From the IMG/VR virus record IMGVR_UViG_3300028746_000001: DNA of 64,000 nucleotides; one strand, 5' to 3'. Position 1 is the stretch's first letter. Every line of letters starts with the position of its first letter. The notes below the pieces were generated by a model, which saw nothing but the letters and a program-made list of their open reading frames with translations, had not been told where the DNA came from and did not search any database. Of the stretch, positions 29,395 to 39,629 are shown piece after piece. Position numbers and translations under genes: made by a program. The DNA is from an uncultured virus (IMG/VR IMGVR_UViG_3300028746_000001). Taxonomy: Duplodnaviria; Heunggongvirae; Uroviricota; Caudoviricetes.

Positions 29395-29608
29395 GGCGCC
29401 CCCCGATCCAATTCCACATGCGGCGCACGCAGTAGCCGCGTCCGATGGAAATAAGCGTATAGATGACCGTGATTTCGACGTTCTGAGCGCCGCTGACATG
29501 AAAGCCGAAGCGCGGGAACACGATGGCGTTCGCGACTGCGGATACAGCCAGCCCAATTACCGTATTGGTGAGCGTTTCCAGGAGCGACCCGCGCTTCGAC
29601 TGGCTCAT
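29384..29608 (-). CDS. Small conserved phage membrane protein
   Basis: MSQSKRGSLLE..TN..IG ... RGY..RR. Confidence 0.7.
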   Translation of the reverse strand: MSQSKRGSLLETLTNTVIGLAVSAVANAIVFPRFGFHVSGAQNVEITVIYTLISIGRGYCVRRMWNWIGGRRAV

Positions 29609-30468
29609 TCTGCGACGCCTGTCAGGTCTGAGTCGGTGAGTTCCGGTGCCAGCTTGGCGTCGCGCAGTTCGCTGGCAATCTGAACTTCGACGGCCTCTTG
29701 CGTGAACTGGCGCGGCGTGATCGTCAGGGTGCAATACTTCATCCATTCGACCGTCTTCAGCGCGGCGTCCACGTCATGCTTATGGATCGGCTCGCCGCGC
29801 TCCAGCAGGTTCGCGACGTGCGTGAGCCCAGCGTTACGGTTCGCCCAGCCGTGGACGTGGCCGAGCTTCGCGTACGTCTCGATGACGCTGCGCAGGCACG
29901 CGACGGCGGGGTAGTAGTGGCCGTCTTCCTCGTTGATCCACATGAGCGGCGTGCCGTCCTCTGTACTGGCGACCTCGCCATCTACGAAGCTGTGTAGCGC
30001 CTTCACGACGGGTTCGAACACCTTCACGATCTTGCCGACATGGCGCGGGTCGGCGAATGGCACGTCCTGCAGGGCTTCAGCTTCCTCGCGCGCCTTGCGC
30101 TGTGCGTCGATGTTCGCCTGCATTTGCTTGCGGACGCTCTCCAGGCGCTTCGCTTCGGCCTTCTGGTACACCTTCGAACGGCGATGTTTCTCATTCGCAC
30201 GGCGTTGCTTGCGGTTGAGCGGAATCAGGCCCTTCGCTTGGTTCTTCGGCGCGATGCCGACTTCGAGGACCTGCGGCTTAGGCGTCGGTTCGCGCTCCGG
30301 GATCTCGATCAGTCCGCACAGTTCGGGAGGGGCCTCGCCGAGTTCCGGGATGTCCTTTGCGATGCCTGCGACCATGGCGCGCACGTCGCTGACTGCCAGC
30401 GTGTGTTTCTCGCCCGTTTCAGGGTCCGTGATAGTCAGGGTGCTGTTGCCGATATTTACGTGGTTCAT
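29605..30468 (-). CDS. Hypothetical protein
   Basis: 287 aa; GAAAGG RBS. Confidence 0.7.
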   Translation of the reverse strand: MNHVNIGNSTLTITDPETGEKHTLAVSDVRAMVAGIAKDIPELGEAPPELCGLIEIPEREPTPKPQVLEVGIAPKNQAKGLIPLNRKQRRANEKHRRSKVYQKAEAKRLESVRKQMQANIDAQRKAREEAEALQDVPFADPRHVGKIVKVFEPVVKALHSFVDGEVASTEDGTPLMWINEEDGHYYPAVACLRSVIETYAKLGHVHGWANRNAGLTHVANLLERGEPIHKHDVDAALKTVEWMKYCTLTITPRQFTQEAVEVQIASELRDAKLAPELTDSDLTGVAE

Positions 30469-30508
30469 ATTACCTTTCGAGTAGCTTTAGAAGCAGATTT
30501 TAGGGCGA

Positions 30509-31054
30509 TTAAAAGCCGAGTGCGGCCATCCATTGCATTCCCCGGTATGGGAGATCGAACGGGATGTCATCGTCCATCTCATCGAATCCACCACCGGCCG
30601 GCGCGCGTCCTGCAGTGCCCGACTTCGGTCCAGAGCGCTCCTGCGGTTGGCGCTGGCTGCCGCTATTGCCGCCGCCGTTGTTGCTGCGACGCTCGCTGCT
30701 GCCGCTGCCGTCGCCTGCCGGACGCCCATCCAGCATCATCATTTCTTCAACCTTGATTTCGGTCGCGTAGAGCGTCTGCCCGTCCTTCTCGTACGAGCGC
30801 GTCTTGAACTTTCCCTCGATGTAGACGCGAGCGCCTTTCTTCAGGTACTCGCCGCAGACTTCAGCCAGGCGCCCGAACACGGAGCAGCGAATCCATTCGG
30901 TCACTTCCTTCATTTCGCCGCTTGCCTTGTCCTTCCAGGTCTCGGTGCATGCGATGCTGAAATTGCACAGAGCGTCGCCGCTCGGCAAGTAACGCGTTTC
31001 CGGATCGCGTCCGAGATTGCCGATGAAAATGCACAGGTTCTTACTTTTTGCCAC
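30509..31054 (-). CDS. ssb: Single-stranded DNA-binding protein
   Basis: [30 protein letters not shown] start after GGAG. Confidence 0.95.
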   Translation of the reverse strand: MAKSKNLCIFIGNLGRDPETRYLPSGDALCNFSIACTETWKDKASGEMKEVTEWIRCSVFGRLAEVCGEYLKKGARVYIEGKFKTRSYEKDGQTLYATEIKVEEMMMLDGRPAGDGSGSSERRSNNGGGNSGSQRQPQERSGPKSGTAGRAPAGGGFDEMDDDIPFDLPYRGMQWMAALGF

Positions 31055-31097
31055 AGTGAAACTCCAGTGATCGGCCGCGCTTGGCGGCCGGGATGAC

Positions 31098-32897
31098 TTA
31101 CGCCGCGAGGCGTTCGGTTTGGTTGGCGACTTCGCCGTTTTCAAGCCAGACGCCATGGATGGTCGGGGGGAGGCCCTTCGGCAGGTCCTTCAGGGTCGCG
31201 AAGAGGAGGGCGCTGGTGAGCGAGCCTTCCTTCGCGCGGCCATCGAGCCACAAGAGCAGTTCAACGCGAGCCGGGATCTCCAGCACGTCCACACGGTCGA
31301 GCATGAGCACGCCGATACCTGAAATGCTGCTGATGGCTTCGGCGATCATCGCGTCAACACGCCACTTCTCTGACTCGCAAAGCAGGTCATAGATGCGGCC
31401 CTCTGCCGTAATGCTCATGTCTGCATTGATAGACGCCTGACGCCATCCGGTAACCAGCGAGGACTTACGCAATTCGGTATTGATCGGCTTCAGTGCCTTC
31501 GCCAGGATTTGCGCGGGGATGCCGTCGGGTCCGAGCGCCTTGGCGATCTTCGTCCACTCGGCGACATCAATATGCGCAACCTTTGCTTTGCTCGTGCGCT
31601 CGTCCGCGCTGCTCGCTTGGTCGGCTACGGCCTTCACCTTGTTGAACTCAGCCACGGCCTCATCAACGTACCCCTGCACCTTGGTAACGATGCCTTCGCC
31701 CTCTGCGATCATGTCCTCGCTTACAGCCTCTCCAGAGGTCAGTTCGGCAAGCTGAGCCTTCGCCGTCTCGCACTCTTTCAACGCGCTGGCGTTGGTGCGC
31801 ACCGCGTTTTTCTTAGCGGTGAGCTTGGCGCGTGCTTCTGGAAGCTTTTCGCGTGCTGCGTCATCGCCGGAATTGCTCGGAAGGCCGAACTTCGCCACAT
31901 AGACGGTGAACGGTGCGCTGAGCTTTGCGACGCTGCTTTTGATGCTGGCGCGCTCATCGTCTCCAAGGCAATCGAGCGCGAACTCAACGGCGCGAGCGAA
32001 GTCGTGTTCGAGACCTACCTTCGGCGCGTCGCCGGCGAGCGCTTCGAGATCCGAAACCATCGCTTCCAGGTCAAGCAGTGCTGCCGTTTCCTTTTCCACG
32101 ATCGCGGCGAGTTCGAGGACGCGATCCGCGCGGTTCTGGAGAACCTCACGGCGGCTTGCCTCGTTGACTTGCTGGGTACGCTGCGCCTTCAGTGCGCCGA
32201 GCGCCTGCGTGGCCGCATTGAGGTCCTCACGGCGGTGATTTACCTCCTCCTGCCAGTAGTCGAGTGCGTCCGCGTCAAATTCCGGCTTCTCGGCTTCCCA
32301 TGACTCGCCCTTCACTGAGCCGTGCTTCTCGCCCGTGATGTTTTGCCATGCGCCCTTAGCCTCGGTTGCCTTCCCGGCCGCGAACTTTTCCGCCGCGGGG
32401 AAGCCGATGATCGACTTCAGCATGGGCAGCGTCTGAGCGACGCGCGCGTCGTCGCACTCCGCGTCCTTCAACATGCGGCGCAGGGCTTCCTCGGTTACTT
32501 GGCTGTTCGTGAGACCAAACAGGAAGGTGCGGCGATCGTCTTCCTTCATGCTGGCGAACTGCTGCGCATTCAGCACGTAGGGGAGGGCGTCCGGCAAGCC
32601 CTTTTCGAGGCCATCGCCGAGTGCATGCAGGCTCTTGGGCAGCGCAAGCGATGCGAAGCCTTCGTCGGTAGTGACACGCACGCCACCGGTCTTCGCGCCT
32701 TCCGACACGATCATCGGATAGTCTTTCTTCAGCTTGACGCGAGTCGTCACGCCATCGAACGCCATCCGGACGCTCTCTTGAATCGAGGACTTCGACGCGC
32801 CATTGCGGCCAGCGAACAAAGTGATTGGAGTATCGAGCGCCAGGTCAATGTGGCGGGCGCCGAAAATGTTGCTGATCTTTAAATGGTTGAACTTCAT
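31098..32897 (-). CDS. SbcC/SMC-like ABC ATPase
   Basis: Walker [10 protein letters not shown], coiled coil, LCESEKWR signature, Walker B LMLD. Confidence 0.8.
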   Translation of the reverse strand: MKFNHLKISNIFGARHIDLALDTPITLFAGRNGASKSSIQESVRMAFDGVTTRVKLKKDYPMIVSEGAKTGGVRVTTDEGFASLALPKSLHALGDGLEKGLPDALPYVLNAQQFASMKEDDRRTFLFGLTNSQVTEEALRRMLKDAECDDARVAQTLPMLKSIIGFPAAEKFAAGKATEAKGAWQNITGEKHGSVKGESWEAEKPEFDADALDYWQEEVNHRREDLNAATQALGALKAQRTQQVNEASRREVLQNRADRVLELAAIVEKETAALLDLEAMVSDLEALAGDAPKVGLEHDFARAVEFALDCLGDDERASIKSSVAKLSAPFTVYVAKFGLPSNSGDDAAREKLPEARAKLTAKKNAVRTNASALKECETAKAQLAELTSGEAVSEDMIAEGEGIVTKVQGYVDEAVAEFNKVKAVADQASSADERTSKAKVAHIDVAEWTKIAKALGPDGIPAQILAKALKPINTELRKSSLVTGWRQASINADMSITAEGRIYDLLCESEKWRVDAMIAEAISSISGIGVLMLDRVDVLEIPARVELLLWLDGRAKEGSLTSALLFATLKDLPKGLPPTIHGVWLENGEVANQTERLAA

Positions 32898-32901
32898 TTT
32901 C

Positions 32902-34161
32902 TTATTCCATGCTGAAAGAAGCTTGTTGAGCGGGTGCGCCGCTATTCGACAGTTCCTGCACGCGAGCGCGGTATGCCTTACTCAGGCGCGGTTGATCCTT
33001 GGCTGGAAGGCTGCGGATTTGATCGGCCAGCAGGTCGAGTTCGTCGGGGTTCGTCTCTACCTTGATCTGCTTTTCCAGTTCGTCGGCGATGTTCAAGCCC
33101 GGGTCGCCCTTCGTGGTCGGCTGCACGTCTTCGGCTGCCGTCTTTGCCGCTGCGCGCTGCTGCGCATTGAAGTGACCAACGTCCACCTTCTCGCGCTGCT
33201 GCACGTTGCCGAAGTCGAGCGTTTCGCCGCCTTGCTCGTTCGTCAGTGCTGCCGGTGCCGTCTCGTCGGCTGGCGGCACGTCACCGTCTTCCATTACCGC
33301 ACGCATCGCGTCCGGGTCCGCGAGATCGGCCATGTCAATCGTCTTTCCGTCTTCGCGGTCCGCATCGAGCGAAACGGCCGCCGCCATCGGATCGCCCGGA
33401 TTCATTGGCAGTTGCTTGGAATGCTTTTTAATAGCCGACTTCGCGCTCATGTCGTCTTCCCACATGACCCACGGCGTACCGGCAAGCTTCTCTTCGGCCT
33501 TCTTACGCTTCCACTCTTCGCCGCCAGCCTCTGCGCCGCGCAACAGCGATTGATACGTTTCCGACCGGCCGCGAATCTTATGGATTTCGTCCAGAGGAAG
33601 GATGGTCGCGGCTTCGCCGCCGCCGTCCAGCTTGGAGAAAGCGAAAGAACCAATCAGTTCGCCGCGATCCTTCAGTGACTTGCGGTATTCCAGGAAGCTG
33701 CGCGATCCCTTCAGGTGGTCGAAGTGGTCGCCTTCGTGGATTGCCTCGGCTTCGAGCGTGACGATGTGCGGGGAGCGGTGCGCCAGCGTGATGAAGCCGC
33801 GATAGCCGATCTGGAACTGGCAGTCGTAATGCGTGATGCCCCATGAGCCATCCCCCAGCTTGCCGCGCACGCCGTAGGGAATCAGGTACGCCTGCTGCAG
33901 CACCGTGTTCGGTTCGAGGCCAAGCGCCGCGCTTGCCATGAACGATCCAAGCACACTATGCGGCTCGCACTCCATGAGCTTCGGCGTCTTTTTGATGCAG
34001 TTGACCGCGAGGCGAAGGAAGCGTTCCGGCGTCATGTACTGCCCCGCAACGGATGCAATCGCCCGCTTTGCCTTGTCCTCGGTGAGAAGATCGAAAATCG
34101 TCTTCGGCTTTTTGGCGACGGATTGGCCGTCACCCTTCAATGCTGAGATAGCGGTTGCCAC
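32902..34161 (-). CDS. recT: RecT-family single-strand annealing protein
   Basis: TPKL.EC...S.LG....A.LGLEPN...AYLIPY...QFQIGYRG...LAHRS. Confidence 0.9.
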   Translation of the reverse strand: MATAISALKGDGQSVAKKPKTIFDLLTEDKAKRAIASVAGQYMTPERFLRLAVNCIKKTPKLMECEPHSVLGSFMASAALGLEPNTVLQQAYLIPYGVRGKLGDGSWGITHYDCQFQIGYRGFITLAHRSPHIVTLEAEAIHEGDHFDHLKGSRSFLEYRKSLKDRGELIGSFAFSKLDGGGEAATILPLDEIHKIRGRSETYQSLLRGAEAGGEEWKRKKAEEKLAGTPWVMWEDDMSAKSAIKKHSKQLPMNPGDPMAAAVSLDADREDGKTIDMADLADPDAMRAVMEDGDVPPADETAPAALTNEQGGETLDFGNVQQREKVDVGHFNAQQRAAAKTAAEDVQPTTKGDPGLNIADELEKQIKVETNPDELDLLADQIRSLPAKDQPRLSKAYRARVQELSNSGAPAQQASFSME

Positions 34162-34176
34162 TTCAGGAGTCCTCTT

Positions 34177-34605
34177 TTAGTTGAATTGAGACCAATACGG
34201 ATGTTTTTTCATTCGTGCATGCAACTCTTTGTGATACGAGTCAGTACAGACAAGCAAATTCGTGTTCGCGTTATTCTTTTTGTCGGTGTCGATGTGGTGG
34301 ACAACGACGCCCTTCGGCAGCGACTTACCCATGGCCTTTTCTGCTTTTTCGCGGTGCTCTAACTTAGGGTTGCGAGTTCCGAGAACCCTCACATAACCCG
34401 CTGCATGCTTACCGAAGCCGCCTCTGTACTGGTGATTCTTTTCGCCGGGCTCGCCGCCCGCTGGCCTGCGCGCTATTCCCTGCGAGATAAGAGAGCGCCT
34501 GATTTTCTCGTTATAGGTGAGCATTTCATCGGCGATCTTGTTTAATGACAAACCGGACTCGTAGAGCGCCTTAACGCGAGCGTGATCGAATCGCTTACGT
34601 TTCAT
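34177..34605 (-). CDS. HNH endonuclease
   Basis: EHR...VVHHIDTDKKNNANTNL...H..LH; N-terminal HTH-like segment. Confidence 0.85.
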   Translation of the reverse strand: MKRKRFDHARVKALYESGLSLNKIADEMLTYNEKIRRSLISQGIARRPAGGEPGEKNHQYRGGFGKHAAGYVRVLGTRNPKLEHREKAEKAMGKSLPKGVVVHHIDTDKKNNANTNLLVCTDSYHKELHARMKKHPYWSQFN

Positions 34606-35435
34606 TAGCGATCCCGGAATATGCAAGAATTCCAGCGGGCGCAGAACTTATCCGAGCACAATGCGCTCTGCGGGTTTGGCAAAAAATCCCCGCTCTTAAA
34701 CATGCCAGCGGCATACTCAATCAAGCCTTTTTGCGTAGGCGTGCCGGTCATCGGCTGCTTTACGTTGAAAATCGGGCTCACGCCAACGCGCGCCTGCGAT
34801 GCGGTTTCAAGCGCGATAATCTGGCCGCCAACGGTATGGCGACCGGTCTGGTTCTCGTACATGAGCGAGTACGCGCCAAGCTGCGCAGAGCGCGCTTTAA
34901 GGATCACGTTGCTCTCTGAATCGAACAGGCGAGCACCCGTCTTCACGTCAGGAATCACGTCGCCCGCGCCGTCTTGATCGGCTGCGATGCGCGAGCGGTC
35001 CATCGTGCCCTTCAGGCGGATAATCAGGCCGTCGCCACAGTCGATATCCATGGGCTCCATCTTCATTTCGATGGCGCTGAATTCGAATTTTGGGCTGATT
35101 TCGTGGCAATACTTCGTCAACAGCGTGAGGCCGATTTGCTCGGCTTGGCGCATGTTTAGGGACCTGTCTTGCTTGTAGTCAACGTCATCGGTCGGCTTGT
35201 GGAGAGCGTCGATAAATGCGTCAGCGGCTTCCATGGCCGTGATCGGCTTGCGGTCCATCTTTGCTTGGTCGAATGCGGCAGTGCCTGCGTGAACCGCAGT
35301 GCCGAGCAGCGCGCGAATCCCTGACGGGCGGCGCATGCGGAGAAGGTGTTCGCCTTCCCATTTGTAGCTGCAATCGAACAATGCGCCCCATGACGATGCG
35401 CGAACTTCGATCACACGTTTGAATGCTTCAGACAT
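34605..35435 (-). CDS. PD-(D/E)xK exonuclease (RecB/Cas4-like)
   Basis: LGTAVH, GTMD, DVKTG, QLGAY; N-terminal Cys plus C-terminal CSDKFCARWNSC. Confidence 0.85.
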   Translation of the reverse strand: MSEAFKRVIEVRASSWGALFDCSYKWEGEHLLRMRRPSGIRALLGTAVHAGTAAFDQAKMDRKPITAMEAADAFIDALHKPTDDVDYKQDRSLNMRQAEQIGLTLLTKYCHEISPKFEFSAIEMKMEPMDIDCGDGLIIRLKGTMDRSRIAADQDGAGDVIPDVKTGARLFDSESNVILKARSAQLGAYSLMYENQTGRHTVGGQIIALETASQARVGVSPIFNVKQPMTGTPTQKGLIEYAAGMFKSGDFLPNPQSALCSDKFCARWNSCIFRDR

Positions 35436-35579
35436 CCCGATAGCCTTTGTTCGTATCGGGAGCCGGCCCCCAATAATCAGAATCTGCATATTACGCAGAT
35501 CGCAGATCATCGGCAAGTTTTTTCTGCTGCTGGCAAAGACTGTGATGTGTGGAAAAGCCCGCGCGCGGCGGGCATGTCT

Positions 35580-35819
35580 TTACTGGATTTCTTCGGCGCG
35601 GCGAACGATATCGTTCTCGCACTGGATTCCGAAGTAGATGCGGCCGCTCTTGTGCCAGTGCTCGCGGGTGCCCTCGGGGTAAGTACCAATGCACCCATGA
35701 TCGTGCTTTGTTGATGCCGCCGTGATGGTCACAATCTCGCCGCGACGCGTGACGTAGTTGCCCGGCTGGGTGATTACGTCGGGTCTCGTTACCAGGCTTG
35801 CGTAGTCTGCTTTGCTCAT
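35580..35819 (-). CDS. Hypothetical protein
   Basis: PGNYVTRRGEIV motif; first gene after a TTGTAT-17-TATAGT promoter. Confidence 0.65.
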   Translation of the reverse strand: MSKADYASLVTRPDVITQPGNYVTRRGEIVTITAASTKHDHGCIGTYPEGTREHWHKSGRIYFGIQCENDIVRRAEEIQ

Positions 35820-35850
35820 TTCCGTCTTCCTTCGGTCTGTTGATGGAGAG

Positions 35851-35902
35851 ACTATATTATGCCTTTAAAGCAGATACAAGGATAATCTGCGCTAGACGTA
35901 AA
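35851..35902 (-). promoter_or_regulatory. Sigma70 promoter with two operators
   Basis: TTGTAT-N17-TATAGT on the minus strand; TATGC-N7-GCAGA (35858) and TCTGC-N7-GTAAA (35886). Confidence 0.7.
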
Positions 35903-35948
35903 AAAGCCCGGGCTGGCCGGGCTTGTTTCTACTACAGCAATAGGGTTT

Positions 35949-36677
35949 TTAGAGACCCTGCATGCTGCGTACCGTCTTGAGTCGTCCAACAATGTGGACT
36001 GCAAGCGCTTGCCGTTGGTCAAGGACTGCCTCCGGATATTTAGGGTTGTCGCAGATGATGCGAAGACCACGTCCGGGGTAGGGCATGAGACGACGGAAAG
36101 CAATTGTTTCGTCATCCATAACAACACAAAATACGCCGCCAGTAGCAGGGACCTGCGTATCCGACAAGTCCATGAGAACCGTGTCACCCTTATACAGCCT
36201 CGGTTCCATCAAATCATCCTCAATGACGTATGCCGCGACACTCGCGGGATTCGCCTCAACACCCTTCAGTTCGCCACCTGCGAACAAATGCGAAACTTGC
36301 TCATCCACTGCGACTTTGATGCCGCCCCGTACTGCATCTACAACCGCTGAAACCGTCCCGATCGCCACGTTTTCGCCCTCTGAAATTTGGTCAAATGTCT
36401 CTAGCTCGCTGGCGAATCGCACCGCCTGCGTCTTCACCGCGGCGCTATTGTGACGCAAATTTACCGTTTGTTCTTTATGCGCAGAAAAAAGTTCGGACAG
36501 CGAGATTCCCAAGGCGGTAGAAATTGCCTTCATTGAATCATTTGTAAGGGATTGTTGCCCGCGTTCGATCTTCGAAAGATTGCCGTTATTGATGCCTGTT
36601 CTACTCTGCAACTCAGTAAGGGTAAGGCCCAAGCGCTTGCGATGGAACTTGATGGTGCTGCCGATATCTGTGTTCAT
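35949..36677 (-). CDS. CI-like repressor (XRE HTH + degenerate S24 domain)
   Basis: RKRLGLT..EL...TGI....LSKIERG; MEPRLYKGDTVLMD...RIICDNPKY. Confidence 0.88.
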   Translation of the reverse strand: MNTDIGSTIKFHRKRLGLTLTELQSRTGINNGNLSKIERGQQSLTNDSMKAISTALGISLSELFSAHKEQTVNLRHNSAAVKTQAVRFASELETFDQISEGENVAIGTVSAVVDAVRGGIKVAVDEQVSHLFAGGELKGVEANPASVAAYVIEDDLMEPRLYKGDTVLMDLSDTQVPATGGVFCVVMDDETIAFRRLMPYPGRGLRIICDNPKYPEAVLDQRQALAVHIVGRLKTVRSMQGL

Positions 36678-36780
36678 CCTTACAACTCCCAAGTAATAGT
36701 TTGTTACAAATTTAGCTGGCTCAGAAACGTTTGGTTGCACAACTGCAACAATTTGTTTCATAGGGTCTGATTAGCCCGCC

Positions 36781-36809
36781 TTGCATTGAATCTGCCTCTC
36801 CCACATAAT
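36781..36809 (+). promoter_or_regulatory. PR-like promoter
   Basis: TTGCAT-N17-CATAAT, with a partial operator TCTGC-N7-ACATA inside. Confidence 0.65.
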
Positions 36810-36840
36810 GCTGGCTCGCAAACCCATTTTTGAGACTTTT

Positions 36841-37161
36841 ATGTCCCGTAAAGCAGAAAATCCACTTTCGACGCCTTTGAGCCGTCTGCGCGATGCAGTT
36901 GGCGTTACCACGACGGAAGTCTCAAAAGCTATTGGACTTAACACTGGAAACATTTCCCGCCTCGAAAACGGGCATAACCGTCCGTCTCCAGAAACCGCCG
37001 AAAAACTCGTTCGGTACTTCAACGGCGCTCTCACGGAACTGCACCTGATTTATCCGGAGCGCTACCCGAACTGGATTCCGAACCCCAGGGACGTGGCGAA
37101 GCTCTCCTCACTTAAAAGTTCTGCTCACAGCCCCGATTCTACCGCCGTTTCTGCACAGTAA
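36841..37161 (+). CDS. Cro-like XRE HTH regulator
   Basis: EVSKAIG...GNISRLENG..PS; divergent from CI. Confidence 0.85.
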   Translation: MSRKAENPLSTPLSRLRDAVGVTTTEVSKAIGLNTGNISRLENGHNRPSPETAEKLVRYFNGALTELHLIYPERYPNWIPNPRDVAKLSSLKSSAHSPDSTAVSAQ

Positions 37162-37259
37162 GCAAAAATACCTGCGCTTGCAACACAAAATTAGGCGGAC
37201 TCCCCTCAAAAGTGTCGCTTTTGTGCGGTACATCACATAAGACCTGCAGGAAAAGAAGA

Positions 37260-38246
37260 ATGGCGGCTACAGATTGGATAAAGATGCGAGTGAATCTTTG
37301 GCATGACCCAAGGGTTTCTGCGGTCTGCGATAAGACGGATGAAAGCGAGGCGGCGGTCATCGGCGGCCTGTATTGGCTATGGGCCACTGCCGACGCGCAC
37401 AGTTCAACCGGCTTCATGCCGAACCTCACGACAAAGACAATTGACCGCAACACGGGCGTCAAAGGATTAGGTGCGGCGCTCGCTGATATTGGCTGGATTG
37501 CAATTAAGGATAACGGCATCCAAATCGAAAAGTTTGATGACCATAACGGTGCATCCTCGAAGAAACGTGCAGAGGACGCTAAGCGCAAAGCCATAGCGCG
37601 CGCGGCTAACGGTGAGACTGGCGACATGTTTCCGCCTGAGCCGCCCCCGGGTATTTGTCCGCAAAATTCTGGACAAAAAGCGCCGAATGAAGGACAGGAA
37701 GCGACAAGTGTCCAAAGTAGTGCAGACGATTCGCGCCGAAGTGCGGAGCTAGATAAGAATGAGAATAAGAAGAAGAGTAAACCCAAACCTTCTTCGCCTT
37801 CGGCTCAGAAGGTTAGCGCTCAGCAAAAAGAACTCGAAGGCATGGGCGTCGAGCCGCAACACGCTGCCGATTGGCTGAAGGCTCGCAAGGCAAAGAACCT
37901 CGTTGCCACGACAACGGCTTTTGAGCAGGCCGCATCCGAGGCCGCAAAACTTGGCTGGACATTCCCGGAAGCAATCGCCTACGCAGCCGGTAAGGGCTGG
38001 GGTGGCTTCATGGCGAAGTGGGTCGAGAACGATGGCGATACGGGTCACTACGGCGCGCGCAACAGCGCAGTGCAAAGCCAGCCTACTCAGTCGATTCGCA
38101 AGAACAAGGCGCAAGCGCGCCACGACGGGCTTGATGCTGCCGCCGCAGAGTTCGCTGCAAACATGGCGGCGAAGTACGGAACTGAGCCCCCTGCGGACGC
38201 CGGATATGTGCCGCCCAGCGATGGACAAACTATCGACATGGAATAA
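37260..38246 (+). CDS. Phage lytic replication initiator (putative)
   Basis: WIKMR..L..DPRV...LYWLW..AD N-terminus; WLKARKAK...GWGGF domain; O-like position. Confidence 0.7.
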   Translation: MAATDWIKMRVNLWHDPRVSAVCDKTDESEAAVIGGLYWLWATADAHSSTGFMPNLTTKTIDRNTGVKGLGAALADIGWIAIKDNGIQIEKFDDHNGASSKKRAEDAKRKAIARAANGETGDMFPPEPPPGICPQNSGQKAPNEGQEATSVQSSADDSRRSAELDKNENKKKSKPKPSSPSAQKVSAQQKELEGMGVEPQHAADWLKARKAKNLVATTTAFEQAASEAAKLGWTFPEAIAYAAGKGWGGFMAKWVENDGDTGHYGARNSAVQSQPTQSIRKNKAQARHDGLDAAAAEFAANMAAKYGTEPPADAGYVPPSDGQTIDME

Positions 38247-38251
38247 CGGGG

Positions 38252-38914
38252 ATGACACCTAACGACGCACTGAAGTTCGGGCAGATTCTAAGCCGCACGT
38301 TGAAGCTTTACCCGTTCGGTGAGGCCACGCCGGAAACGATTGAAACGTGGTTCGAGATTCTGAAGCAATACCCGCTTGAAGACATCGCACTGGCGTTGAA
38401 CCGCCACGTGGCAGACCCGGATAAAGGCAATCGTCAGCCACTGCCGTCCGACGTGACGGCGCACCTTGCAGGCGGCGCAGCGACGCGCGGCATGCGCGCA
38501 TGGACACTGGTCGAGAAAGCGGTTCGTTCGGTGGGCCATTACCGCTCAGTGTGCTTTGACGACGCGGTTACGAACAAGCTGGTCGATGAAATGGGCGGCT
38601 GGGTGAAGCTGGCGGGAACGAAGACCGAGGAGGATCTGAAGTTTCGCGGAATTGAGTTCGCCAAGCGCTACCAGGGCCTGATGCAAACGGGCGGGGTAGG
38701 TACGGACTACCCGCCGTACCTGATCGGCGCGGCTGAAGCGCACAACGCGCTTGAGGGCGTCGCGGTGGATCCCCCGGCGCTTATCGGCGACCCGGTGAAG
38801 GCAAAGGCAGTGCTGGAGCGCGCGCAGGGTTCTTCCACATTACGCGTGACGCAGGCGAACGACATGAAGGCGCTCGCGGCCGGCGCGATGAAACTTATCA
38901 AGGGCGGTAAATGA
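38252..38914 (+). CDS. Replication accessory protein (DUF6475-like)
   Basis: W...L..YPL...P.PSD; AW..V.KA...VG.Y.SV.FDD...MGGW; follows the initiator. Confidence 0.65.
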   Translation: MTPNDALKFGQILSRTLKLYPFGEATPETIETWFEILKQYPLEDIALALNRHVADPDKGNRQPLPSDVTAHLAGGAATRGMRAWTLVEKAVRSVGHYRSVCFDDAVTNKLVDEMGGWVKLAGTKTEEDLKFRGIEFAKRYQGLMQTGGVGTDYPPYLIGAAEAHNALEGVAVDPPALIGDPVKAKAVLERAQGSSTLRVTQANDMKALAAGAMKLIKGGK

Positions 38915-39414
38915 GCGTGCTTCGTATGACGCCCGAGCAGTATCAAGCGCACCTTGACCGCATGAAAGTCTCGAAGCCTGACGCCAGTGACGTGCCAGTG
39001 TTCGAGAAGAAAACCGGCTTGGCTATCGTCCTCGCTGACGAGCCCGTGGCCGCGCCACAAACGCCGCTGCAGCGCATGCAGGCTTTGGGCCGCCTGAAGC
39101 AGGGCGAAATGAACGGGACCGAGGCTGCATACGACAAGGTTCTGGCCGAACGCAAGCGCATCGGGGAGATCGTCTGGTACGCGTTCGAGGCGATCACGTT
39201 TGTTCTGCCAGGTGGCGTCCGCTACACGCCTGATTTCATCGTTCAACTGGCGACCGGTGAGCTGGAGGCGCATGAGGTCAAGGGATTCTGGCAAGACGAT
39301 GCGCGAGTGAAGATCCGGCTCGCGCAGGGAATTTTCCCGTTCCGCTTCATCGCGATCATGGGCAAGAAAAAGAAGGGCGTCTACACGTGGACCTTTGAGG
39401 ACTTTTGGAAATGA
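38911..39414 (+). CDS. DUF1064-like PD-(D/E)xK endonuclease
   Basis: MN.TE..Y, YTPDF, EVKG...DARVKI. Confidence 0.75.
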   Translation: MSVLRMTPEQYQAHLDRMKVSKPDASDVPVFEKKTGLAIVLADEPVAAPQTPLQRMQALGRLKQGEMNGTEAAYDKVLAERKRIGEIVWYAFEAITFVLPGGVRYTPDFIVQLATGELEAHEVKGFWQDDARVKIRLAQGIFPFRFIAIMGKKKKGVYTWTFEDFWK

Positions 39415-39620
39415 GCGCATTCAGGGATGACGTTGATTGGCGCTGGATTCGCGCGTGGTGCGCGGTAGACGCTTTCATCAAAAATGGCGGCCATATCCCA
39501 TTCGCCTACTACTCCGAGATTTTCGATCTTGACGAGGATGAGACGAAAGAGTTGTTCCACAACGTAGCGGTAAAAATGAACGTACGCATCACGGTCCTCC
39601 CCGACCCGACCTATCACTGA
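39411..39620 (+). CDS. Hypothetical protein
   Basis: Coupled to the upstream gene. Confidence 0.5.
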   Translation: MSAFRDDVDWRWIRAWCAVDAFIKNGGHIPFAYYSEIFDLDEDETKELFHNVAVKMNVRITVLPDPTYH

Positions 39621-39629
39621 TCGAGAAAA

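Noticed and set aside
31098..32897. SMC-based defence system (Wadjet/Lamassu)
   Set aside because: No partner genes; the context is phage recombination
34605..35435. Cas4-like nuclease as a CRISPR component
   Set aside because: Sits in a RecT/SSB recombination operon, with no array or other cas genes
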